In this document: positions 25,401 to 37,900 of the stretch, piece by piece
Numbering within the stretch: the first letter of the stretch is position 1
Layout: each line of letters opens with the position of its first letter
NCBI GenBank assembly: GCA_039621445.1
Contig: CP154954.1
Location: 35,449,703 to 35,513,702 of the forward strand
Source: Euglena gracilis
Taxonomy: Eukaryota
Direction: 5' to 3'
DNA length: 64,000 nucleotides
Position numbers and translations under genes: made by a program
The notes under the pieces: model-generated
Seen by the model: only the letters and a program-made list of their open reading frames with translations
Database searches by the model: none
What the model was told of the DNA's origin: nothing

Positions 25401-28400
25401 GTTTAATGGTAAGAAAAACGTGCAGCGGGAATGTTGGTTGCAAGAAATGAGCAGATTTAGATGGGTGCATTCGACCATTCCGGGGGACATTTACCAGGTC
25501 AGCCCAGGTTACCATGTAAAAATGGACCAAATTGGGCCTTACTCCGAGTAGACGAATGGGTGTTCCAGGAGGCCTCCAAAGTCAGGGGACCCGTTGGTTT
25601 CATGATTGTCGTGGTTTAATGGTAAGAAAAACATGCAGCGGGAATGTTGGTTGCAAGAAATGAGCAGATTTAGATGGGTGCATTCGACCATTCCGGGGGA
25701 CATTTACCAGGTCAGCCCAGGTTACCATGTAAAAAAGGACCAAATTGGGCCTTACTCCGAGTAACCGAATGGGTGTTCCAGGAGGCCTCCAAAGTCAGGG
25801 GACCCGTTGGTTTCATGATTGTCGTGGTTTAATGGTAAGAAAAACATGCAGCCGGAATGTTGGTTGCAAGAAATGAGCAGATTTAGATGGGTGCATTCGA
25901 CCATTCCGGGGGACATTTACCAGGTCAGCCCAGGTTACCATGTAAAAATGGACCAAATTGGGCCTTACTCCGAGTAACCGAATGGGTGTTCCAGGAGGCC
26001 TCCAAAGTCAGGGGACCCGTTGGTTTCATGATTGTCGTGGTTTCATGGTAAGAAAAACATGCAGCGGGAATGTTGGTTGCAAGAAACGAGCAGATTTAGA
26101 TGGGTGCATTCGACCATTCCGGGGGACATTTACCAGGTCAGCCCAGGTTACCATGTAAAAATGGACCAAATTGGGCCTTACTCCGAGTAACCGAATGGGT
26201 GTTCCAGGAGGCCTCCAAAGTCAGGGGACCCGTTGGTTTCATGATTGTCGTGGTTTAATGGTAAGAAAAACATGCAGCGGGAATGTTGGTTGCAAGAAAC
26301 GAGCAGATTTAGATGGGTGCATTCGACCATTCCGGGGGACATTTACCAGGTCAGCCCAGCTTACCATGTATAAATGGACCAAATTGGGCCTTACTCAGAG
26401 TCACCGAATGGGTGTTCCAGGAGGCCTCCAAAGTCAGGGGACCCGTTGGTTTCATGATTGTCGTGGTTTAATGGTAAGAAAAACATGCAGCGGGAATGTT
26501 GGTTGCAAGAAATGAGCAATTTAGATGGGTGCATTCGACCATTCCGGGGGACATTTACCAGGTCAGCCCAGGTTACCATGTAAAAATGGACCAAATTGGG
26601 CCTTACTCCGAGTTACCGAATGGGTTCTCCAGGAGGCCTCCAAAGTCAGGGGACCCGTTGGTTTCATGATTGTCGTGGTTTAATGGTAAGAAAAACATGC
26701 AGCGGGAATGTTGGTTGCAAGAAATGAGCAGATTTAGATGGGTGCATTCGACCATTCCGGGGGACATTTACCAGGTCAGCCCAGGTTACCATGTAAAAAT
26801 GGACCAAATTGGGCCTTACTCCGAGTCACGGATTGGGTGCTCCAGGAGGCCTCCAAAGTCAGGGGACCCGTTGGTTTCATGATTGTCGTGGTTTAATGGT
26901 AAGAAAAACATGCAGCGGGAAGGTTGGTTGCAAGAAATGAGCAGATTTAGATGGGTGCATTCGACCATTCCGGGGGACATTTACCAGGTCAGCCCAGGTT
27001 ACCATGTAAAATGGACCAAATTGGGCCTTACTCCGAGTAACCGAATGGGTGTTCCAGGAGGCCTCCAAAGTCAGGGGACCCGTTGGTTTCATGATTGTCG
27101 TGGTTTAATGGTAAGAAAAACATGCAGCGGGAATGTTGGTTGCAAGAAATGAGCATTTAGATGGGTGCATTCGACCATTCCGGGGGACATTTACCAGGTC
27201 AGCCCAGGTTACCATGTAAAAATGGACCAAATTGGGCCTTACTCCGAGTAACCGAATGGGTGTTCCAGGAGGCCTCCAAAGTCAGGGGACCCGTTGGTTT
27301 CATGATTGTCGTGGTTTAATGGTAAGAAAACATGCAGCGGGAATGTTGGTTGCAAGAAATGAGCAGATTTAGATGGGTGCATTCGACCATTCCGGGGGAC
27401 ATTTACCAGGTCAGCCCAGGTTACCATGTAAAAATGGACCAAATTGGGCCTTACTCCGAGTAACCGAATGGGTGTTCCAGGAGGCCTCCAAAGTCAGGGG
27501 ACCCGTTGGTTTCATGATTGTCGTGGTTTAATGGTAAGAAAAACATGCAGCGGGAATGTTGGTTGCAAGAAATGAGCACGTTTAGATGGGTGCATTCGAC
27601 CATTCCGGGGGACATTTACCAGGTCAGCCCAGGTTACCATGTAAAAATGGACCAAATTGGGCCTTACTCCGAGTAACCGAATGGGTGTTCCAGGAGGCCT
27701 CCAAAGTCAGGGGACCCGTTGGTTTCATGATTGTCGTGGTTTAATGGTAAGAAAAACATGCAGCGGGAATGTTGGTTGCAAGAAATGAGCATTTTTAGAT
27801 GGGTGCATTCGACCATTCCGGGGGACATTTACCAGGTCAGCCCAGGTTACCATGTAAAAATGGACCAAATTGGGCCTACTCCGAGTAACCGAATGGGTGT
27901 TCCAGGAGGCCTCCAAAGTCAGGGGACCCGTTGGTTTCATGATTGTCGTGGTTTAATGGTAAGAAAAACATGCAGCGGGAATGTTGGTTGCAAGAAATGA
28001 GCACATTTAGATGGGTGCATTCGACCATTCCGGGGGACATTTACCAGGTCAGCCCAGGTTACCATGTAAAAATGGACCAAATTGGGCCTTACTCCGAGTA
28101 ACCGAATGGGTGTTCCAGGAGGCCTCCAAAGTCAGGGGACCCGTTGGTTTCATGATTGTCGTGGTTTAATGGTAAGAAAAACATGCAGCCGGAAGGTTGG
28201 TTGCAAGAAATGAGCAGATTTAGATGGGTGCATTCGACCATTCCGGGGGACATTTACCAGGTCAGCCCAGGTTACCATGTAAAAATGGACCAAATTGGGC
28301 CTTACTCCGAGTAACCGAATGGGTGTTCCAGGAGGCCTCCAAAGTCAGGGGACCCGTTGGTTTCATGATTGTCGTGGTTTAATGGTAAGAAAAACATGCA

Positions 28401-28973
28401 GCCGGAAGGTTGGTTGCAAGAAATGAGCAGATTTAGATGGGTGCATTCGACCATTCCGGGGGACATTTACCAGGTCAGCCCAGGTTACCATGTAAAAATG
28501 GACCAAATTGGGCCTTACTCCGAGTAACCGAATGGGTGTTCCAGGAGGCCTCCAAAGTCAGGGGACCCGTTGGTTTCATGATTGTCGTGGTTTAATGGTA
28601 AGAAAAACATGCAGCGGGAATGTTGGTTGCAAGAAATGAGCAGATTTAGATGGGTGCATTCGACCATTCCGGGGGACATTTACCAGGTCAGCCCAGGTTA
28701 CCATGTAAAAATGGACCAAATTGGGCCTTACTCCGAGTAACCGAATGGGTGTTCCAGGAGGCCTCCAAAGTCAGGGGACCCGTTGGTTTCATGATTGTCG
28801 TGGTTTAATGGTAAGAAAAACATGCAGCGGGAATGTTGGTTGCAAGAAATGAGCAGATTTAGATGGGTGCATTCGACCATTCCGGGGGACATTTACCAGG
28901 TCAGCCCAGGTTACCATGTAAAAATGGACCAAATTGGGCCTTACTCCGAGTAACCGAATGGGTGTTCCAGGAG
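13441..28973 (+). repeat. 213-bp satellite array, block B (~73 monomers) with 8-mer higher-order repeats
   Basis: Continuous monomers. Diagnostic variants recur at 1706-1707 bp spacing. Confidence 0.98.
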
Positions 28974-29391
28974 TAAGGCCCAATTGGGTCCATTTTTACA
29001 TTGTAACCTGGGCTGACCTGGTAAACGTCCCCCGGAATGGTCGAATGCACACATCTAAACGTGCTCATCTCTTGCAACCAACACTCCTGCTGCACGTCTT
29101 TTTTACCATTAAACCACGACAATGACGAAACCAACGGGTCCCCAGACTTTGGAGGCCTCCTGGAACACCCATTCGGTTACTCGGAGTAAGGCCCGATTTG
29201 GTCCATTTTTGCATGGTAGCCTGGGCTGAATCTGGTAAACATCCCCCGGAATGGTCGAATGCACCCATCTACATGTGCTCATTTCTGGCAACCAACGTTC
29301 CCGCTGCATGTTTTTCTTAACAAAAAACCACGACAATCATGAAACCAATGGGTTCCCAGACTTTGGAGGCCTACTGGAACACCCATTCGGT
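28974..29391 (-). repeat. Inverted, diverged satellite monomers (~2)
   Basis: Reverse complement of the monomer (taaggcccaattgggtccatttttacattgtaacctgggctgacctggtaaa...), with many substitutions. Confidence 0.95.
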
Positions 29392-29654
29392 TGTATGACG
29401 ATGACCCGGTTAATCGTCTCCGCCGTGTGGTGGTTCATCACACCAGCATACGGTGGGAGGCGACGAGAGCCTGATGGCCGAGATGACCGCGCTTCCGCGG
29501 GCATCGGGGTTAACCTGGCACTGCTGCTGGCTTCAGGGTTTCCCTGAGCCGCAGTCCGCACAGGTGGCTGTGTACCGTATCGGTACGCATATTGGTCAGG
29601 TTGAGGGTGAGTGGTGGGCGGTCCTCCGCCTGGCTCCCTTCCACCGGGCAGCAT
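29392..29654 (-). pseudogene. Probable 5' stub of ORF3 in copy 2
   Basis: ATG at 29654 follows a pyrimidine tract and CAG. DQYAY...AQGNPEASSSAR resembles copy 1 DQYVY...AEGNPPPASDSAR. The frame is open through the element end. Confidence 0.45.
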
Positions 29655-29817
29655 GTTACCGCCCGGGATCGTCCGGTAAGGTGGTTGGGTTGTTGTTGGG
29701 TTGGGTTGGTTGTGGGTTGGTAAAAAAAAATTCTGCGGAAAGGAAGAATGATAGGATGAATGATAGAATGACAGAATGATAAAAGAGAAGAAAAAAACAT
29801 GTTTTTCACATGCGTTG

Positions 29818-32800
29818 TCAAAAACTTGTCATGTAAACATCAATGTTATGCTTCTTGTTCCACAGCTTCCAATCTTGCTTGACATACCCAACAAAACTGG
29901 TTGCTGGCTCCCAAGTGTCCTCCTCGAGCCCACACCCTTTCCAGCGGACTTTCCAAAGGTGCATACCTTTGTCGATTTTGTGATCGATGATTTTATGGAC
30001 TACAAAATCGTCCGTCTCAGGTAATCTGGAACGGGGTTTGAAGTGCAGACAAGGGATGGGTTTCCCATCCGGTGGTGACAGGTATGGCTTGAAGTCGTCC
30101 ATGTGAACGTCCTCAACACCATTCGGTAATGCAACCTTGTAACGCCCGCTGGTACCTAGTCTTTCTAGGATTTCACAGGGGCCGAGCCAGAGGGGGTCCA
30201 GCTTGGAAGACTGCATGCGAGTACGGCTATTCCGTACCCAAACGCGGTCACCGGGACTATACACAGGTGACTTGAAATTCTGCAAAAACGATTTCCGTTT
30301 ATTTGCATGAATTTCAGTGACTCGCTTCTGGACTGCAGAACGTAGATTTTCTACTTCCGCAAACCAGGTCTCGCAACTGACACTCGTTCCGGCGGGTCTC
30401 TCCGAAGGCACATCCCCTACGGCCGGAGGGTCCCGTGAGAAAACTACTTTATAGGGGGAGTGAGACAAAACCAACCCTGGTAGGGTATTCATACAAAACA
30501 AAGACCATGGTATAACTGATATCCAGTTACTGCGCGATTCAGCCAGTGAAAGGCGAAGCATATTCACGACGGATTTCACGGCTGCCTCGGCTCTACCATT
30601 GCCTTTGGGTCGGTATATAATTGAAAAATGTTGCTCGATTCCGAGTAAACCGCATAAAGTGGTGAAAAACCTTGAAGAAATCAAATGGTCTTGATCACTC
30701 ACTATTTCATTCGGTAAACCATTAAGCAAATACATTTTTCCAAAAATGTAGCTGCCAAACTTTGGGCATCCAACCCTGACTTCTGGCATGGAGTGACCAC
30801 TATGTACCCACTCAGCCTGCAGACGACATCAAAAACGTAATCGTTAATTTCATCGTCCGTCCCTTTGCACGGTTCTAATTCCACAAAATCCATGCAGAGG
30901 GATGTAAAAATGTCGGGGGGTACGGGGAAAAAGTCCATCGTACCAGGGGGGGTACCTCTGCGGGGTTTTACCGCTTGACAGATTTGACACCGTTGTGCTA
31001 TCCGCAAACAGCGTGAGTAGAGCTCCTTTTCGCTCAGGGTTGTACAGTACCTGCGGCTCACCAACAAAAGAAGTTTGGGGGCCCCAGGGTGACCGTGGTT
31101 GTGATAGCACAAAATTACATCATCAACCAGGTCCTGGGGGATACAATATTTGTTACCCGATTCATTGCGAAAAACTAACTGTAAAGGTGAAAGAGTGTAA
31201 TTCTCCAGCACTTCGCCATTACGAAGTCTTGTGACAATGGTGTCATACACCGGATCACGACTATAATCCCATTCGTGAAAGAACAGTGGGGAACAGGACT
31301 CCGTACGCGTAATACGCCGGGGTCCGGACGTGCTTCCACGTCGGCGCCTTCCTCGCACTGGTGCGACCAGGAATAGTTGTGACACGGGAAAAGAATCCAA
31401 CAGATTGTCCGCAGCGTCGTTTCGGCGTGCGTATTGTTCAGCTTCCTGACTTCCATGAAAAGCCGCGTCTCCCTCATCCGGGTTCCCAGGGTAATAACAA
31501 GGGGCCCGACTGAGCGGATCCGCTACTTTTTGTGTGTGACCAGGGGTATAAATAACCACAAGGTTGAATTGACTCAAGAATTCATGCCATCTGCATAGCC
31601 TTCCGACCGATGACATGGCCTTGTTCAAATCCTCGGTGAACCAATGTTGTAGGCTCTCATGATCGGTCTTGACGAGGTTCTGGAAGAGGCTGCTGGCTTC
31701 CCAGCTTCGGAATTTCTGGAATATAAGCACGATTGTGTAGGTTTCCTTCTCGCGCATACTCCACTTGACTAGAACATTTTCCGTCGTCGCCCTGTAACTT
31801 TCTGCTGAAGAAAGCCACAGGTCGGAGTTCATTCGCCGCGATTTGCTGGCTAAGAACTCCGCCAACAGCGTAATCGCTACTGTCGACCTCCAGGACATAT
31901 GGTTTGTACGGGTCCGCGACTTCGAGGACAACATTCTCCAAAAGCAAAACCTTTATTTTTTCAAGGTTTTTTTTCGCGCATTTGGTCATCCCAAATGACT
32001 TTGGTGTTGTCAACAGCCTGGTTTTTGAGCTGTTTGGTGAGGGGCACCGCGATTTTCGCGAAGTCCCTCATTTCTATCGCGTAATATTGGGCTAATCCCA
32101 AAAATCCTTTGAGGTGAGTAATCGTTTTGATTACCTCAGGGGTCCATTTCTTGATGGCTTGAGTTTGCTTGCAGCAGCTTTCCGCTGTCTATTGCTGAGG
32201 ATGTGCCCGCAAAATTTTATAAGTATACGAAACAAATGCATTTTCGCGCCTTTCGCGAAAAGCAAATGTTTCTGAAAAGCGGTTAATACCGCACAAACAC
32301 GGTGGAAGTGTGTGACGATGATATCCTTGCTCGATTTTGCGGATGGTGGTGGCGTTCCCACCAGCACGTCATCAATGTACACAATGGCAAACGGTAAATC
32401 GCGTAGAACCATTGAAACATCCGTTAAAACATGGTTGGGCCATTCTTAACACCCATGGGGAGTACCGTCCATTGGTACACACCCTCGGATGTCACGAATG
32501 CCGTGTATGGTTGTGAGTAGGGGTGCAAGTGCATTTGGTGAAAACCGTCCTCCAGGTCGAAAATTGACCACAATCAGTTTTCTGATTGCTTGGTGATCAA
32601 ATCCTCGATCAGGGGGAGCGGGAAGGGGTCATCCCTTGTCTGGGAGTCCCGGTACCGGTAATCCAGCACCAGTCTCCATTTCTTCTGACCTGAGGGGTCT
32701 GGGGGTTTAGGAACAACAAACACCTGGGATGTACACTCGCTTTTCGAGGGTACAATCCACTTGCGCTGAATAAACTTCTCAATCATTTCATTGAGAGCTT

Positions 32801-34903
32801 GTTCGCGTTCTCCCGAACAACGAAAAAATTTCCGGTGCATTGGTTTAGCTCCTTCCTTAAGCTCAATCTTACAAGCAGCGAACGGACCGCGTATCGCGGG
32901 GTCGATGTCGCACGCGTATACTGGATTTTCCAGCACACCGTGAAATTGACGAGTAATCGGCGAACAGAATTCGGCTGAGTTAGGATGCTGACCTGAACTC
33001 TCGATGACTGCGGAAACCGCCAGGGTATCCCTGGGGCTACCGAGCCTCCTCGGCACCGCGAATTCGGACATTCCGAATGCATCGAATAAATATAAGCGAA
33101 AAATGATTTCCTGTAAGGGTGGTAAAACTTTACCACAAAAATCTTAAAAAAACGGTACATTAGTGGGTAAATCCCACCAATGAAAACACACATACGATAG
33201 TTGGGTGAACCATTCCGCTTCCGGAATGATGGGTATGACAATAACTCCACGGGCTTCATCCCGTAGAATTTTCTCAACCGCACATCCGATAAGTTTTTGG
33301 GGAGGGTGCATCCATAACACCGTATCAACCCAAAATTTATCAAAAAATATGTGTGAGAGTGTTGTGACCAATGACGTGGCAAACGGGCATGTGCATTGGA
33401 TGAAAAGGCATCGATTTTCAATGCCAAATCAAAAGAATCAGCCAATGTCGCGATTTTGGAAAACCATCGTTCAAAAATGCGATATTGACCAAAACTGAAA
33501 GCATTCCATACGCGTTCCGCGTATTCATGCACCCGATTTGCGGGTTGGAGTGTAGAAACACAATGAATGGATCCACAAACATGCGTGCTGTCTTCCACTA
33601 CCTCAAGGGGAAATCCCAAGGGAGTTGGGACAGGTTGGGGGATTCCCCATTCCGCGTCAAATCCGTACCAAGTGTGGTCGGGATGGTGATTTGGAATCAC
33701 GCTTTTCGAGTTTCCAAACAACGAGGCTAATCCGTGTTGTTGGAGTACTCGGTGCTACAACCAAGTGTATACTTGGGTGTTGATTCCGTTTTCGGAATTG
33801 TGATTATTGTGGGATTTTGAACTAAACATCCACAATCGAAACCCGATTAGGTGGAAATTATCCTGCAGTGCTCACATTGGAAGGAAGTGTAGTGGTTTGA
33901 CGGGTGTGCGTCTAAGAGGGTGTCGATGGCATTAGCCGGTGAGTCTTGTACAGGTGTGCCTGGATTCGGCACAACTGGTGGGAAACGTAGTGGTGGTGTA
34001 GTTGGGCGACTACTCAAACACCGTAATTACTTCAGGCCTTTGGGCTTTCGTCTTGTAACCCAGTTGAACGGCGGGGGTACCGCTACTCGCTTGCCCTACC
34101 TCATGTGGAACGCATGTTGGTATGTCGTTGGGTAGGGGGGAGGCTTTCACCGTACCCCGGGTGTGGAAAACGGTGGTTGGTGTGGTGGATAACGGTGTTG
34201 CCATTGTGGGTAACGGTGTTGGAAAAGTCGTGGTCGTCATGGTGGACGCCAACGGTGATGGTGGTTTGGGTGGCAATGAAGTGGTGGGTGTTGTGCGCAA
34301 ACCGTGGGAGTTGCAATCCACAACCAATCGGTACTGGCGTAAAAATGGTATCCCAAAATTACGTCAGACCGGTGAATTCCGGACTCGTAACCCCAAATAT
34401 TGGTGAAATGTTGGATTTGTGGGGGGTGTGAGTGACGCTTGGGGATGATGGGCAAGAGAATCTCGAGCACACATCCCAAATCACCACTGCACATGGGTGT
34501 TATCCGCGGTTGTGATTTTGATCGGTTTCTTGGCGCTTACCAAAAGCGGGGTCGGTATCAACCCCAACCGAAAGATCAGTGCAATGCGACAACCAGTGTC
34601 AATGAGAATTTTAACTTTTGTGGAAAATTTTTGAATACGCATTTCGTTTGGACGAGTAATTCCATTGGTGGTACGCAAAGTGTAGGGTCTGGCGGAAATA
34701 CGTTTGCATGCCAACTTTCCCATGAACCCTTTCCGACTTTGCTCAGCATTCCGAGCTGAAATGTGGAGTGGGGGGGTGGGGGACCTGAAATAATTCCGGG
34801 TACCGACAATAAAGGCGGATGGGCAGGGGGGGCAAGGTTGATCAGGTCTTACCTCCATCTGTTCATCAGCCCAGAGGTCCGTGCCCTCGGACCTCGAGCT
34901 CCC
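29818..34903 (-). pseudogene. pol: pol of copy 2 with MTase-like domain and complete chromodomain
   Basis: ILIDTGC, VYIDDVLV, VDSSDYAVGG, SDQD/GRAE. The C-terminus FVVHKIIDHK..WKVRWKGCGLEEDTWEPATSF is a full chromodomain with a stop at 29818. Confidence 0.93.
33077..33495 (-). other. Dam/DIRS-type MTase-like domain within pol, copy 2
   Basis: KIDAFSSNAHARLPRHWS / FDKFWVDTVLWMHPPQKLIGCAVEKILRDEARGVIVIPIIPEAEWFTQL in ORFs 32783..33721 and 33144..33371. Confidence 0.8.
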
Positions 34904-34906
34904 CTA
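34868..34906 (-). promoter_or_regulatory. Candidate gag/pol UAG readthrough stem-loop, copy 2
   Basis: TAG GGG AGCTC-GAGGTCCG AGGGCA CGGACCTC-T-GGGCT. The only change in the stem (C>T) leaves a U-G pair. Confidence 0.6.
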
Positions 34907-37900
34907 CTCCAAGTCCGAAACGGCTGCATAGCCGGCAACGGACTTTTTGGCGGAATATATAGAATTCAATGAGCGCACCGCCATTCGGGCCTCATTTAAT
35001 TCCCCGTCCGAGGTTCTCATCCCCCTCCCTGCCCGAAGCAGGGGTGTCCTCCTCCAAACAAGAAATCTTGAAACCGACCTTTTGCCGGTTGGAGGAGTAA
35101 CCACGGTCCTCGCGGCACTTACCACGATTTCCGTAGCCGGGCCGGGGGGAACGAGATCTAGGACACTTAGATGAGTGGTGGTCTTTGGAACCGCAAAGTG
35201 AACAACGGGATTTGTGGCTGGATTCCGCGTAACGGCGGGAAAGGTATTCCGTTCGACCGTCAAACCGTCGTGGTGAGCGAGTTTCCCGTCGACCATGACC
35301 GGTGTACCGTGGTTTCTCCGGTGACTCGCGCGAAGAGGATGATCCACTTCGCGAACGAGATCGGGAAGAACAGCGATTGAAATCCTGTTTGCGGGTAGGG
35401 GGACCAGGTGACTGACCGCGAGAAGGACGGTTTTCCCGACCATCACGCGATGGTGACTTGGGCATACTACCGCTAAAGCGGTTCTCCGAAGAACGTTAAA
35501 CTCCCGATTGACGTGAAAACGCCGAGGAACCCGATCCCCGTGAGGAGATGGAGCCCCTTGGGTTTCCGATACGCTTTTGCGCATCGGGATTCGGGCAATC
35601 CTGACACATGTGACCAGATTTGTGCACAAAAAGCACAGTTTATCCGTGCGCTGGTCCGAAGAACGCTGATTCCGTGTTTTCGGTCCCGTGGTGGGTGATC
35701 TTGGTGACGTGGATGATTTGTGCAACGCATTAACCGCACCCGCAGGGATTCCCGCGGTGGGATGCGTTTGGAAAGCGGACTGTATTTGTCCCAAAGCTTG
35801 AGTGAGCTTTGGCTGCTTTGACACATACTTCCAACGTTGGGCAAGAGTCATCTCATGCCTCGCCAACGCCTCGCGATGTATATCCTTCATGAGGGATGGT
35901 GTGAAGTGCAACAAAACCGCATCGAATTGTTCGCGCATTTGCTTCTCGCTAATTTCATCAACTTCGGAAGCAAGTGCTAACCATTTGGCATACCAAAGGT
36001 CAATGGATTTCCATTTGCTATCCGATGGCGCGCATTGTCGCCATTTCTTCTCCAGGGTAATCCTGGTGACCAAACTTGAGTTGGTTGTATCAAATGACAC
36101 GCCATTACGTATCACCAAACTCCGTGCGCGTTCTCGGTCCTCCCTTGGTAGGAAATCGATGAATTCAATCTTGACTACGTCAAGATTCGGGTCTTGGGTG
36201 GGTCCCTTTAGTGCCCAGTAGTACTCCCAGACCCGAAAAAATTGTCTCCATGTGGTTGGATCCCCGTCCCATTGGGGCGTCACCTTGTTCGCGATTGCGA
36301 TGGTGCCCTTGAAGTCTCTCTGAGTAACCCGCTGACCCTCGGTGGTATTCCAGGGGTTTGGGTCCGGGTGATTCATAACACCAAGCGCATTTCGCGGATT
36401 TTCCGCTCCATGTGTACCCCGTGCAGGATTTCCCGCACCAAGTGTAGGGTTGGCAGGATTTTCCTGCGGGAATTGCAAAAAAATCGGTGAAATTGTCCCG
36501 GTGGGGCGGGTTTCCCGCCGAAAACCCGATGGGTGATCTGGTAATCCAGAAGCCATTGGTGGTTGGTAGGGTCGCGCCTGCGACACACGACCAATACCAG
36601 GTGTGGGGAGTTGGCTCATTCCTCGCACAAGGTTGGAATGTTCAATTTCATGGTGGAGACTCGAATTTTGGAGCGGTGGACCAATTTCTTCATCGGAAAA
36701 GTCCTCCGAAAAGTGGGTTTGTGGTGTGGGCAAGTGCAAAGGTGGTACAATTCGCGTTTTCGCGGGTGGTTGTACCAAATTCGCGGTGGATGTGGGGATT
36801 CCTACTCCAGAAACTTTAATTTGAGAACGCGATTCCGGGACATTTGGAATGCCAACCGCAGCACTTACCGCGGTGGGTGGTGACGGTGACCGGTACCGGA
36901 GTGGACATTTTTTCCAAACTCGCGGACACGTCATGCACCGTTTCTTCCAAATGCTCCACCAACTTGAGTTGGCCGCAAATACGGTCAACCTCAGTCTCCA
37001 AATGCCGAATGTGTTTGCGGTAACGAGAAAAATCTTCCAAGTGTGGCAACTTTTCAGAAACCAAGTGCAAATCTTCGACAAACTTTCCTTGGGACTCCTC
37101 CACATTCCGGAGTGGAACCGCAAGCGCGTTTACCGCATTTGAGATGTTTTGCAATTGGTGGAGTGTCTTAATGGGAGTTTCCACCGTGGAATTTTCCGCG
37201 GTTGGCTTTTCCAACAACGCAGAAATTCGTCCATCCAACCGCGAAACCTCATCTTGCATGGATCGGGCATTCCGATTCACCGATTCCTCAAGTTCGAGCA
37301 AACGTGCAAAATGCTTGCAAGGTTTCCTTGTTGTCACCAAGCATTTTGTCATAAAATGATGCAAAATTGCGGTGACTCGGATATCCGAGCACGCGAAACG
37401 GGTGGCAGTGAGCGGATTTCCGCTACTGTGGAGGACAGCAAGGTGCAACGGGGTTTGTAATTCCCCAATAGCGGCTTGAATACCACAGTTCGCTTGGAAA
37501 GTGCGGAAACATGCTCCTGCAAACCGACAACGATGGCATTAATACCGCCAATGTCCGTTTGAGATTGATTTTGTGCGAAATCCAACCGTTGTGCGCAAAC
37601 CGCGATTTTCGCGTTCAAGGAGGTTAATCCATCCTGATTTGCGGCACAATGGCAGTATTTCTGCTCCAAGTGTAGGATGCGTTCCTCTAAAAGCTGAATT
37701 TGCGTACGGGGAACAAAATTTTCTTGCACTCTCGCCTGGAATTGCTTCAAATGCTCGGTTTCCGAGAAAAGATGCAAAATCCGCTGTTGGGCTTCTTGGA
37801 AAGAAGTGGTGAGTGCGGCAAAACGCTCAACCGCGAACAAAGTTACCGATTTCCGGCATTTTGGGGGTGGCATTTTGCGCTTGTAAGTGGTGCTGCAATT

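Noticed and set aside
13441-28973. Repeated 60-120 aa ORFs (MSWFNGKKNMQ..., MVHFYMVTWAD...) as a tandem gene family
   Set aside because: They arise because 213 is divisible by 3. They mostly use non-ATG starts, are opened or closed by random SNPs and indels (gagtaa vs gagtta), and show no protein motifs.
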